Positions 52,023-62,831 are shown, counted from the first letter of the whole stretch. The stretch: DNA of 63,944 bases, filler included, from Octopus bimaculoides (GCF_001194135.2; 7 parts of 6 records of this genome joined end to end with filler, not necessarily neighbours in it); one strand, 5' to 3'. Numbers and translations are program-made. The notes: generated by a model from the letters alone, not told the origin.

Positions 52023-52420
52023 GGAGTGGCTGTGTGGTAAGTAGCTTGCTTACCAACCTCATGGTTCTGGGTTCAGTCCCACTGCGTGGCACCTTGGGCA
52101 AGTATCTTCTACTATAGCCTCTGGCCGACCAAAGCCTTGTGAGTGGATTTGGTAGATGAAAACTGAAAGAAGCCCATCGTATATATGTATATGCATATAT
52201 ATATATGTGTTTGTGCGTCTGTGTTTGTCCCCACAACATCGCTTGACAACCGATGCTGGTGTGTTTACATCCGCGTAACTTAGCGGTTCGGCAAAAGAGA
52301 CCGATAGAATAAGTACTAGGCTGACAAAGTATAAGTCCTGGGGTTGATTTGCTCGACTAAAAGGCGGTGCTCCAGCATGGCCGCAGTCAAAAGACTGAAA
52401 CAAGTAAGAGAGTAAGAATA
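52023..52420 (+). mobile_element. SINE family A, full length
   Basis: Head, microsatellite and tail are intact. Confidence 0.93.
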
Positions 52421-52486
52421 AATATATAGGAAAGTTGGTTATACATCATTAGATGTATACCTGACATTCCTATATAAAATTAGAAA

Positions 52487-52830
52487 TATAACGGAACGCT
52501 GAACTCCAGACTAACAACTTAAACAACATTTATTCAGGTGGTAAATATATACATCTTTAGCTCTTGTTGTTACAGCTTCTGTGTGTGTGAGCATAGTTGT
52601 TGGGACGTTGTTATGTAGATGTGAGCGAGCTGTCGAGTATAAGTCCGAAATATGGAGAGTGACAGCTAAACACGTAAAGAGACTGTCTCCAGGTTGGAAT
52701 GTTGGAGACACTGCTTGACACGTCCATGCTCATGGCCGGCCAACCGAGAAAGAGATAGAATTAAGCGGGAAAGCTTGCTTGTTTAATTCCACGCATGCGT
52801 GAGACTACGCATGCGCACGGCGTTACTACA
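52487..52830 (-). mobile_element. solo-LTR-like element
   Basis: Minus strand starts TGTAGTAACG, has AATAAA near its 3' end and ends ...CGTTATA; homologous to 47967-48163. Confidence 0.5.
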
Positions 52831-52965
52831 AATATAACATCGAACTTGCAAACTTTCATTAACGAAAATCTAAAACTTTTTATTTTATTTTTGAAATGAA
52901 TGATGGGTAAATATATATGCTGGATCCAGGAATACAGTTGGTAATTTTCAGTCCTCTCTTTTCAG

Positions 52966-53076
52966 GTTATTTTCAACGGTGAATATGAATCAGAGAAGTA
53001 TGAGATGCAAAAGGTAGTTTACTTAATACAACGATACTCAAGCAGTGAGCCTCTCCTGACCAGAATAGATGATGAG
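52966..53076 (+). CDS. A2M/TEP family protein, internal exon (MG4-MG5 junction)
   Basis: ctcttttcAG|GTT...GAG|GTAAGG; 111 nt, phase 0-0; VIFNGEYESEKYEMQKVVYLIQRYSSSEPLLTRIDDE. Confidence 0.72.
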
Positions 53077-53139
53077 GTAAGGAGACAGAAGAGTCATTTC
53101 CCTCCTGAAGAGTCTTTTATCTATGTTTTACTTCAATCA

Positions 53140-53300
53140 CAATGCCCAGTGGTTAGGGCAGCGGACTTGCGGTCATAGGAACGCGGTTTCGATTACCAGA
53201 CTGGGCGTTGTGAGTGTTTATTGAGTAAAAACACCTAAAAGCTCCACGAGGCTCCGGCAGGGGATGGTGGCGAACCCTGCTGTACTCTTCCACCACAACT
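53140..53300 (+). mobile_element. SINE family B, 5' part
   Basis: Family B head; interrupted at 53301. Confidence 0.88.
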
Positions 53301-53642
53301 GTAGTGAGTGCTTTTTACGTGCCACCGGCATGAGGGCCAGTCAGGCAGTACTGGCAACGGCCACGGCCACGCTCAAATGGTGTTTTTTACGTGCCACCTG
53401 CACAGGAGTCAGTCCAGCAGCGCTGGCATCGACCTTGTTCACATGCCACTGGCACAAGTGCCAGTAAGGCAACGCTGGTAACGATCACACTCAAATGGTG
53501 CTTTTTATGTGCCACCAGCATGGAAGCCAGGCAGCTGCTCTGGCAGTGATCCCGCTCGGATGGTGCTGTTAGTGCTCCACTGGAATGGGTGCCAGTCATC
53601 AAATTTGGATCAGTTACGATTTCACTTGCCCCAACAGGTCTT
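53301..53642 (-). mobile_element. family D internal tandem-repeat region
   Basis: GTGCTTTTTACGTGCCACC / CTGGCAACG units as in 55135-55700. Confidence 0.75.
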
Positions 53643-53886
53643 CCGTGAGAATTATGCTAAGGGTGTGCATGTTTATGGAGCGCTCAGTCATTGAATTATC
53701 TAATTTCATGAACAGGTTGTTTCATTGATCAGAGCAGATGGAACACTTATTGTTGTAACTGACAGAGAAGCTCCAACTGTAAAAACACTATTTTAATAAG
53801 TATGTTCTCTATTAATAACTATTGAGTAATTCTTCAGTTTAATGTTGAATTGATTTTATACACAACATGACATAAAAATATACATT

Positions 53887-53922
<36 letters not shown>

Positions 53923-54200
53923 GCAATTGATTTCCCTCATCTTGGCAGTCTGGTGTTTGAAGATGTAGTAGGTATTTTTCCTATGATGTAATGCATATAC
54001 AATCAATAAAATGCCTTGCTACTGAAACATATGAAACATGAACTGGACTGCCATCATCCATTCTAAAAATTTCATTGTGTATGTGTGCATGTGATATATG
54101 TATATACATATATATGATATACATGTTTAAATAAATATATACATATTTAAAAATTCCAGTAGTTTGTCTCATAGTTATGTTCATCAATTTTTCTTTACAG

Positions 54201-54260
54201 ACCAGTAAACCGGAATTCTTGGTGATTTTTCCTGCGCCAGTAACCACATTTTTCTACACT
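54201..54260 (+). CDS. A2M/TEP family protein, internal exon (about MG5)
   Basis: ttctttacAG|ACC...ACT|GTAAGT; 60 nt, phase 0-0; TSKPEFLVIFPAPVTTFFYT. Confidence 0.75.
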
Positions 54261-54777
54261 GTAAGTGTGTCCTTCATTTTTATTGATAATTGTCGTTTAG
54301 TCATGGATTGGTTTGGATCCACAAGATCTATGATCTATGATCAATGATAATCCAGCCATTACCATCTTGTCTTTTACTCAAACAAGTATATCTGGGAGTA
54401 CTTAATGTAATGTGCCCTTGTTGTTCAGTCTAGGTCAGATCTATGACCATCTGTTGTTTTTTTTTCTTGGCCATGATATATCTAGGACTACATTAAATAT
54501 GCTGATATTTAAATGCTAAATATCAATGCTGGTTGTTCATTGCCTTTCCCATATAAAATAGCTATAATCAACTCTCTCTTTCTCTCTTTTTCTCCCTCTC
54601 TTTGATATCCCTCTCTCCCACCCGTCTTCACTGCCCCACCTCCTTCCTCCCTCTGTTATAACTTTGTGTACTTCGAGAGTTAATCCTTCATAGACTATTA
54701 CCCAGAGTTTTACGCAACCAATCGTTAGACAGATGCAAATATTCAGTACACTGGAGTAGTTTTATGAGTATTCATAT

Positions 54778-54982
54778 GAAGGTGTGTGGTTTAGGGGTTA
54801 GGGTATTCATTTCGCAATCATAAGGTTGTGAGTTCAACTCTCAACAGCCCATTGTGTCCTGGGCAAGACATTTTATTTACTTTATTTCACGTTGCTCCAG
54901 TCCACTCAACTGGCAAAAATGAGTAGTACCTTATCATATCCCTTGTCACACTAAACTTCCCTGTAAACTACATTAAGGTATA
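54778..54982 (+). mobile_element. SINE family E, 5' part (resumes at about 55704-55755)
   Basis: GAAGGTGTGTGGTTTAGGGG...GAGTTCAACTC...GGCAAGACA...CACGTTGCTCCAGTCCACTCA. Confidence 0.75.
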
Positions 54983-55703
54983 CATCATCATCATCATCGT
55001 CGTTTAACGTCCGCTTTCCATGCTAGCATGGGTTGGACGATTTGACTGAGGACTGATGAAACCAGATGGCTACACCAGGCTCCAATCTGATTTGGCAGAG
55101 TTTCTACAGCTGGATGTCCTTCCTAACGCCAACCACTCCGAGAGTGTAGTAGGTGCTTTTTACGTGCCACCGGCACGAAGGCCAGTCAGGCGGTACTGGC
55201 AACGGCTACGCTCAAAATGGTGTATTTTATTTGCCATCCGCACAAGAGCCAGTCCAGGGGCACTGGCAACGATCTCGCTTGAAAGTCCTTACACATGCCG
55301 TGGGCACAAGTGCCAGAAAGGCGACGCTGGGCACAGNNNNNNNNNNACTCCGAGAGTGTAGTAGGTGCTTTTTACGTGCCACCGGCACGAAGGCCAGTCA
55401 GGCGGTACTGGCAACGGCTACGCTCAAAATGGTGTATTTTATTTGCCATCCGCACAAGAGCCAGTCCAGGGGCACTGGCAACGATCTCGCTTGAAAGTCC
55501 TTACACATGCCGTGGGCACAAGTGCCAGAAAGGCGACGCTGGGCACAGGTGCCATCACAATTTCGCTTTCGCTTGCCCCAACAGGTCTTCGCAAGCTGAG
55601 TTTTGTGTCCAATGAGGGAGACGACGTTGGCATGGGTGCCAGTCGTCGAATTTAGTTCGATTTCACTTGCCTCAACAGGTCTTCGCAAGTGGAGTTTAGT
55701 GTC
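54983..55703 (-). mobile_element. retroposon family D, long copy containing an assembly duplication
   Basis: (CAT)n tail on the left and family D body; 202 bp repeated across a 10-N gap. Confidence 0.88.
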
Positions 55704-55986
55704 CATACGTGTCTGTGGAGTGCTCAGCCACTTGCACATTAATTTCATGAGCAGATTCGAGTGAGGTCATTGCCAAATCATTCGAGCGAGGTCGTTGCCA
55801 ATGCTAGTACTGTGATCGATATGCTTGACCAAATCCTTCAAATCACTGCTGTAGCTTGACCACACAGTCCAGTGACTGGAACAAGTAAAAGATAAAGGAT
55901 AAAAGGTATTTGTGTGTGTGTGTGTGTTTGCATATGTGTGTAATAACTATTAATGTTTCTTTACTCCGTATGTGTTTCTTTCGCAG

Positions 55987-56175
55987 GTTGTGAGCTGTTA
56001 CAAAGTCCTCATCTCGAAAGATGTCCAACAAGATGCTGCGAAAAGTGCTACAATTTCATTTGATACCGATGGAATGATTCAAAAGGCCTATGTAGTGGTT
56101 GGTTATGGTCTTCATGACGGTTTTCTGACTACTGCATCAGCTACAGTTGATGTGAAAAGACCTACAAGTGTATCA
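55987..56175 (+). CDS. A2M/TEP family protein, internal exon (MG5)
   Basis: ctttcgcAG|GTT...TCA|GTAAGT; 189 nt, phase 0-0; VVSCYKVLIS...ATISFDTDGMIQKAYVVVGYGLHDGFLTTASATVDV resembles the Y.VVSRG.I...F.VT..M.P.A..VV.Y...GEVVADS pattern. Confidence 0.82.
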
Positions 56176-56215
56176 GTAAGTTGGTGTACATTATTGTCTG
56201 TATACATACATTGGC

Positions 56216-56577
56216 GGAGGCGCAATGGCCTAGTGGTTAGGGCAGCAGACTCGCGGACATAGGATCGCGGTTTAGATTCTCAAACCGGGCGTTGTGAGTG
56301 TTTATTGAGCGAAAACACCTAAAGCTCCACGAGGCTCCGGCAGGGGATGGTGGCGAACCCTGCTGTACTCTTTCACCACAACTTTCTCTCACTCTTACTT
56401 CCTGTTTCTGTTGTGCCTGTCATTCAAAGGGTCAGCCGTGTCACGCTGAATATCCCCGAGAACTACGTTAAGAGTACACGTGTCTGTGGAGTGCTCAGCC
56501 ACTTGCACATTAATTTCACGAGCAGCAGGCTTGTTCCGTTGATCGGATCAACTGGAACCCTCAACGTCGTAAGCGAC
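56216..56577 (+). mobile_element. SINE family B, near full length, cut by spacer
   Basis: Matches 12041. Confidence 0.9.
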
Positions 56578-56677
56578 NNNNNNNNNNNNNNNNNNNNNNN
56601 NNNNNNNNNNNNNNNNNNNNNTTAATTAATTAANNNNNNNNNNNNNNNNNNNNNNNNNNNNNNNNNNNNNNNNNNNN
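56578..56677. other. artificial scaffold-join spacer
   Basis: 44 N + TTAATTAATTAA + 44 N. Confidence 0.97.
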
Positions 56678-58822
56678 GTGTCTCCCTTTAAATGACACCT
56701 TTTGTGATTGGATGGAGATGATCTACGATTGACACACGCAATACTCAGCAAAATATTTTACTGACATTGGCAGAAATTTGTAAAATGAAACAGAAATTCC
56801 AGTTTATTTTAGGATTCTAATTTATTTATTTCCTACTGTTTGTGTTCATTTTACTTCTTTATTTTTCCGAAACTGTTTTAATATTCATTTAGAGAACTAC
56901 TTTGTACGTTCAACATCTGTACTGACTATAACTGCAAAGCTTTATTTGATGAAGTCTAGTGTTTTTATTGGTTAGTTCAGAACAACATGATGTTACAGAT
57001 TATTCGAATTTATTTACGCTTAATCTTTATAAAACATTTCTGCTGGTGATAAATTTATGATAATAAAAATGTCCGCTGCGTGTGTGTGTGTGTCTTTGTG
57101 TGTGTATATGTCTGTCTATAAACGTGTGTGTGTGTGTGTATGTGTTTCAGTCTCTGTGTGCACATCCATATGTGTGTGTGTGCGTGTGTGTGTCCGTTTG
57201 AGTGTGTGTGTGTGTGTATGTGNNNNNNNNNNTATATGTATATGCGTAGATATATATATATATACATATACATGCATACATATACACACACACGCACATG
57301 TGAGTATGTATGTATGTATATATATATATATATATATGTGCAGTTGTGTATATTCATATATATACATACTTAAGTACCCTATCCAATATAAATTGTCTTT
57401 CACGTAGATTCGTGTATGAACAGTTATATAAACCCTGATTTTCGGCAAACTCTCCAGTGATCGATGGCTGCCACTCAAATCCACGACACTCACCCTCTTG
57501 AGTATCGGCTAATATTCATGCCATGTTCAATACTCAAATCCGACAATATTGAATTGTTGTGTACTCTTATAGCTAGAATGAAAGATTAGTTAGTATAAAA
57601 TTGAAGTCTTAACTCTCCACGACGAAATGACTTTATTTCTAAATGTTCTATAAATGCCAAAAAAATGTATATAATAAATAAATACAGAAATTTAATTCCT
57701 TTTACTTCTCGTTTCTTTCAACTTGTTGAATTTATTTCTGTATATTAATGAAACTGTATTATTTTATGTGTAACGGTCAAAAAAATATAATCTATATCTT
57801 CAACATACATGTACGTATGTACGCACGTTCATCGTCTTGGTATGTATACATCATAACATTTACGCAGCCTAAACTAAGAGTTATGTTTAGTGATAAATAC
57901 TTATAATTACGTTATAAGTAACGAGATTATCATTATAGCTTTTAATTAAGAAACAATAATATTTGTTATAACGTTACGTACGAAAACACAGTTATCAAGC
58001 GGGTTAATTATAATTTGCTACATGCCAGTGCATTTTTTGTTAANNNNNNNNNNNNNNNNNNNNNNNNNNNNNNNNNNNNNNNNNNNNNNNNNNNNNNNNN
58101 NNNNNNNNNNNNNNNNNNNNNNNNNNNNNNNNNNNNNNNNNNNNNNNNNNNNNNNNNNNNNNNNNNNNNNNNNNNNNNNNNNNNNNNNNNNNNNNNNNNN
58201 NNNNNNNNNNNNNNNNNNNNNNNNNNNNNNNNNNNNNNNNNNNNNNNNNNNNNNNNNNNNNNNNNNNNNNNNNNNNNNNNNNNNNNNNNNNNNNNNNNNN
58301 NNNNNNNNNATATATATGGACATGGAGAGAGATATATAATTATGCGTGTGTGTGTATATATATATATTTATATATAATATATATATATATTTAATTATAT
58401 ATATATACATATGTAATTATGTATGTATTATGTATGTATGTATGTATGTATGTATGTATGTATGTATGTATGTGTGTCGTATGTAGTTGTAGGTACGTAT
58501 GTATATGAAATATAAATAAGACTCAGTAGAATTAGTTACTTAAATTGAGACAACTCCTTAGGTAGGAATAATATACACACACAACACTATTAAGTAAATA
58601 TCGAACTTCGTACCTAAGTACCGGCCGAACGATATTCGTGTAGTGTATTAAGACAATTAAACCCATCGGAGTGAGGAAATCTGCTCATGAGCTATCCAGA
58701 CATGTATATTATATACAAATACGGTCCATAATGTTTACGAAGGGCAGATTCCGAGACAGGTGAATAAAATGTAAATGAATAACAGGAGACGTACAGGTGT
58801 CAATCCAGTATGGCCTTTTCTT

Positions 58823-58977
58823 ACGACTCCTTTAATTGATTAATGAACACATTACATCACTGTAAAGAAATCGTTTCTGTCAGATGAATTCATGATTTTA
58901 ACGTTCATGAATTCATCTGACAACAACAGTTTCTTTACAATGGTATAATGTTATCATTAATCAATTAAAGTAGTCGT
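58823..58977. repeat. imperfect 73-bp-arm hairpin (MITE-like)
   Basis: 58823-58895 pairs with 58905-58977 around a 9-nt loop; the inner TGTCAGATGAATTCATGA/TCATGAATTCATCTGACA is perfect. Confidence 0.85.
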
Positions 58978-59004
58978 TAAACACGGCCGTAATAAATTGA
59001 CACG

Positions 59005-59129
59005 AAGCCTGCTTCCCAACCACATGGTTCTGGATTCAGTCCCAATGTGTTGCACCTTAGGCAAATCTCTTCTACTATTGCCTCCAGCCGACCAACGCCT
59101 TTTGAGTGAATTTGGTAGACGGAAACTCA
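59005..59129 (+). mobile_element. SINE family A, 5' half (diverged)
   Basis: CCCAACCACATGGTTCTGGATTCAGTCCCA...TTGGTAGACGGAAACT. Confidence 0.8.
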
Positions 59130-59339
59130 AGGCTGGCGCGGTTGAATGAACATATCTACTGAAAGATCCAAAGTAAAGTTCTCATATTTCATCTGTCGAA
59201 TGGCAGAATGACCAGGAGTTGTTTCTATGTATCCCAGTGGCTGAATAATTACGTTCTCTATCTGATATCAAATTTAGCTATTAAATATTCATTTTTCTAA
59301 TCATTCTCCACTTATCTACATGTAGAATCTGCCGGTTAG

Positions 59340-59890
59340 CAGTCAAGATTCTGTCCAAAGTTCATGTTGTTAGCTCAACAAATTCAACATGTCGAGCAGT
59401 AGAATGAGTTTGTATGTCAATCGTAGGTAATGAATGTAGTTTGTTTATGTTTATTCTGTCTTGGTTTTACTTTCCTATGTTTTCTTTGTTTATCCGAGCT
59501 TGCTCTGTAGCATTGACTGCTTTCACGGCTCCTTTGTGCAATCAACGGAAAAACATATCATCTGTCCAAAATTCATTGGACAGCTTTACATACGATAGGT
59601 CTTTTCTGTCAAGAATTACATAATCAAGAATGTTCTAATAGATAGAACATGGATGCTTCCAGCCTTTTATTTATACTCCCATTTAAGAATATAGTTTATT
59701 CAAAACCTTTTATCTGGACGTTATCAGGAAGCCCTGTTTCTGTGAGTATAATTATGTCGTGGATGCATCGAAACAGTTACTTCTTTATAAAAGCAATATG
59801 GCTGTGAAGTTTTGTGGAACGGGGCGTGTCTGAACATGTGCGTACATTCCAGCAAGGAAACTTAAGATTTGATTCCTTCAGAAATGCCAT
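59340..59890 (-). mobile_element. RTE-clade LINE APE endonuclease remnant
   Basis: Minus frame reads NLKFPCWNVRTCSD...HDIIILTETGLPD (WNVRT and D...L.E motifs), later KLILLLD...HELWT; many stops. Confidence 0.6.
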
Positions 59891-60770
59891 TTACTAATGT
59901 TATGTCGTGGGTATATACGTTTAGTGTAGAATGGTATTAAACAAATAAATAGATGGTTGTAGTTATCTAAAATATCCTTTTGCTGAAATATGAATTCAAA
60001 CAGAACGCACTCTGTGCTACTCGAACGTAGGTACAATACTCAGCATTCACTTTTCAATAAACGACTGTTAAACCAACACACGTCGAACTAACACGGTAAA
60101 CTAATACGATCGAACTAACACCGCCAACTACCTCTGACTGATCACTCAGTTCCTGTTCATTGCATTCGGTTAGTCCACCTTCAGTCACGTGATGTGGGAT
60201 CAGCATTCTCCCATAACACTTCCCCTTCTCTAGAATTAAACTCCGTTCGTAGTTTAATATTTCTTGCATTTACGGTCTATGTTAATTACTTTTGTCCGTT
60301 TACTTTTTCTCGAACTTGAACGTGTAATTACCACGAATGGTTTAGGTGTTGGTACATCAAACATATCATAAAAGTCTTCCATCGCAATTTTGTTTGTTGT
60401 GACTGTTTCCTCAGTAAACCTCAATATTTAAGTCGGTTCATAAGTCATTTATGTTCATATTGGGAAATAACACTTTACTAATATGTTTAGCAATCACTCC
60501 GTCTTCCCACATTACCTTGCATTGAAATATTTTGTATTATATTTGTTAGTATGTTGTCAACTTAATGTGACAGTCCCATGAAAGGGAAGAATGCTACTGT
60601 TATTTAGTCCTAGGTAATATTATCACTTCATCGTGCTGCTACTACATAAATGTCTCTGAGATATTTAGAAATATATCATTTCTATTCTCAAAAATCAGTG
60701 AATGTATTTCACTTGAAATATATATGTCTTCAAAGACGGATGGGCATCGACAGCTAGCAGGCCATGCTAC

Positions 60771-60813
60771 TCCAGACTGATGATGAGCAATATCTCAGAA
60801 ACTAGTCTTAGGA
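60771..60813 (+). ncRNA. minimal type I hammerhead ribozyme candidate, intact core
   Basis: TCCAGA-CTGATGA-TGAG-caatat-CTCA-GAAAC-TA-GTC-TTAGGA; GUC triplet, palindromic ACTAGT, stem I with 5 of 6 pairs. Confidence 0.7.
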
Positions 60814-61297
60814 AGTTGACTTTGCTGGGCAGAAGTGTTTATCTCCACTTTGAAAACACAAGGACACAGAAAATGTGTCAAGTCCAACAGGAAACAGTGG
60901 CGTTCTTCCCCTTCGTGTGATTGCTACATTAAGTTGACAACATACTATCACTTTATCGTGTTGCAACTGCATAAATCACACTGAGAGATTCAGAAACATA
61001 TTAATTTTTCGTATTTGATACTCGCTGGCGATTTAGCTCCTGATTGTAGTGCATCAGTGTTTAGGTAATAGTACAATGTTTGAGGGTAACGTGTACCGAT
61101 TTTGAAATATGTTAATTAATTTTGCGGCGGGGTCACGAGGTTGTATAAATACAGATTAAAAAATAGGTCGTGACAGGATTACTACTTACATTCCTGTCGA
61201 AAATGATGGAATCATCATATACATCTATGATATTACTTCAAGTGGGGTTTGTTAATATTTAAGAGAGAACACAAAATACAGTTAAACGAAATATTAT

Positions 61298-61303
61298 TTT
61301 ATT
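61298..61303 (-). promoter_or_regulatory. candidate polyadenylation signal of the C4-like gene
   Basis: AATAAA on the minus strand about 325 nt after the stop; the region is AT-rich, so support is weak. Confidence 0.4.
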
Positions 61304-61628
61304 TCCACATTTTAGATTTATGAACCGATCCTTATACAACGTTTTCTAGAATTATTCGCTCATCTTTGCATTGTTCTATTAGCATAATTCTCATATTCTC
61401 TGTTAACTAGCAGGGAAGAGTATTTTAACGANNNNNNNNNNTTCTATTAGCATAATTCTCATATTCTCTGTTAACTAGCAGGGAAGAGTATTTTAACGAT
61501 TTATATGACTAGGATAAAATATTATCAAACAGAATTTAAAATGTTTATATTGTTTTATGATATCATATTATACCTTGTACTTGGTCAACATAAGTTTTCC
61601 TAGAGAAGCAAATTCAACTATATTCCGT

Positions 61629-62128
61629 TCAATATTTACTGCACACAACGCAGCTTAATTCTCGTCCATTGACATACGGTGGACATGGCAATGAACCACA
61701 AATTCCCTCCACGAAATATAATAAAGCTCCATTTTCGTTTCTGTAACCTGCTGGATCAGCTTCTGGTGCATGGTCCACACATACATATTCATGTCTGCCC
61801 TTATGATAATGAGCCTCGGTCATCAAATATCCTGAATACTCAGTTGACCAACCAGGGTAACACACTGTCCTCGCTGGTAACATCATAACAACAGCAGGTT
61901 GTCGTGTCAAACAGACAGCACACGGAACGTTGTGATCATCAATTGATTCAGCATGGTTAAAAGGAAAAAATTTTTTCCTAGAATCATGATCTATTTCATA
62001 TTCACTTCCATATATGAGACCCCTTCTTTCAACTTGTGTAGTATATTTGGCCCAAATGGGGTCGTTAGGTAAACATAAGAGATTACTTCCGCCACCTGTT
62101 TGGTTATGTATTGATCCACCAACCACAC
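61629..62128 (-). CDS. short-chain collagen C4-like protein, terminal exon
   Basis: ttctAG|GT GTG GTT GGT GGA (phase 1) to TGA; GGGSNLLCLPNDP...IYGSEYE...HNVPCAVC...MLPARTVCYPGWSTEYSGYLM...EYVCVD...GALLYFVEGICGSLPCPPYVNGRELSCVVCSK. Confidence 0.92.
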
Positions 62129-62600
62129 CTAGAATNNNNNNNNNNCTCTAAAATGCAAAACACGATTTTGTTCAATTCCTATGTTGTGAGATTGATTGGG
62201 GAAGAGGTGGAAAATATTGGATTGTGACTGGAAAGTTCAGAATTCCCTTACCATGGTGCACTAGCGTCATGACGTGCTGATTTAGTGCGTAGCTAATGGA
62301 TACAGTCCTTAGGTAACTATATTCTGTGTTTGGGTTGAAGTGTACTTTCGATGATACCCTGTTCGTGTAATCATTCTTCACAAGATTCATACTTCGTCTA
62401 TGACCAAATAAATTCAACGGAGTAAGTAGTCTCGTGTAATCTCAAGAGAATCTATAAGCGTCACTTAAAACGTGATAAACTATAATAGGATAAACGTCTG
62501 TGTAGATGAGAAAGAGGGAGGGAGAGGGAGAGATGAAGAGAAAGTGAGCGAGAAAGAAAGAAATAGAGAGAGAGAGAGATTAGAAACAGAATATACTAAC

Positions 62601-62675
62601 CATCATATACCAGACTTGAATTACGTGGACAGGTTGTTCTACCCCACCGGGTATACAGGGATCCAGGACCGGGTC
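62601..62675 (-). CDS. short-chain collagen C4-like protein, penultimate exon (not in ORF track)
   Basis: tttcgcAG|GA CCC...GAT G|GTTAGT; 75 nt, phase 1-1; GPGPGSLYTRWGRTTCPRNSSLVYDG carries the family YxRWGRTTCP motif. Confidence 0.92.
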
Positions 62676-62831
62676 CTGCGAAATTTAAAGGGGAAAAATA
62701 TAGTTTAAAAGAAATAATTGGTGAACCATGTAGGAAAGAATTTCTTGGCTACACATTAATGAATTGGGGAGACAATGATTGGACGATAGGAAGGAAGGAA
62801 GGAAGGAAGGAAGGAAGGAAGGAAGGAAGGA

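Noticed and set aside
49463-62675. TEP gene and C4-like gene as a linked immune cluster
   Set aside because: They are separated by an artificial spacer at 56578-56677, so linkage is unproven.
62664-62678. CAGGACC-G-GGTCCTG palindrome
   Set aside because: Short and overlapping the C4-like exon/acceptor; explained by Gly-Pro codons.
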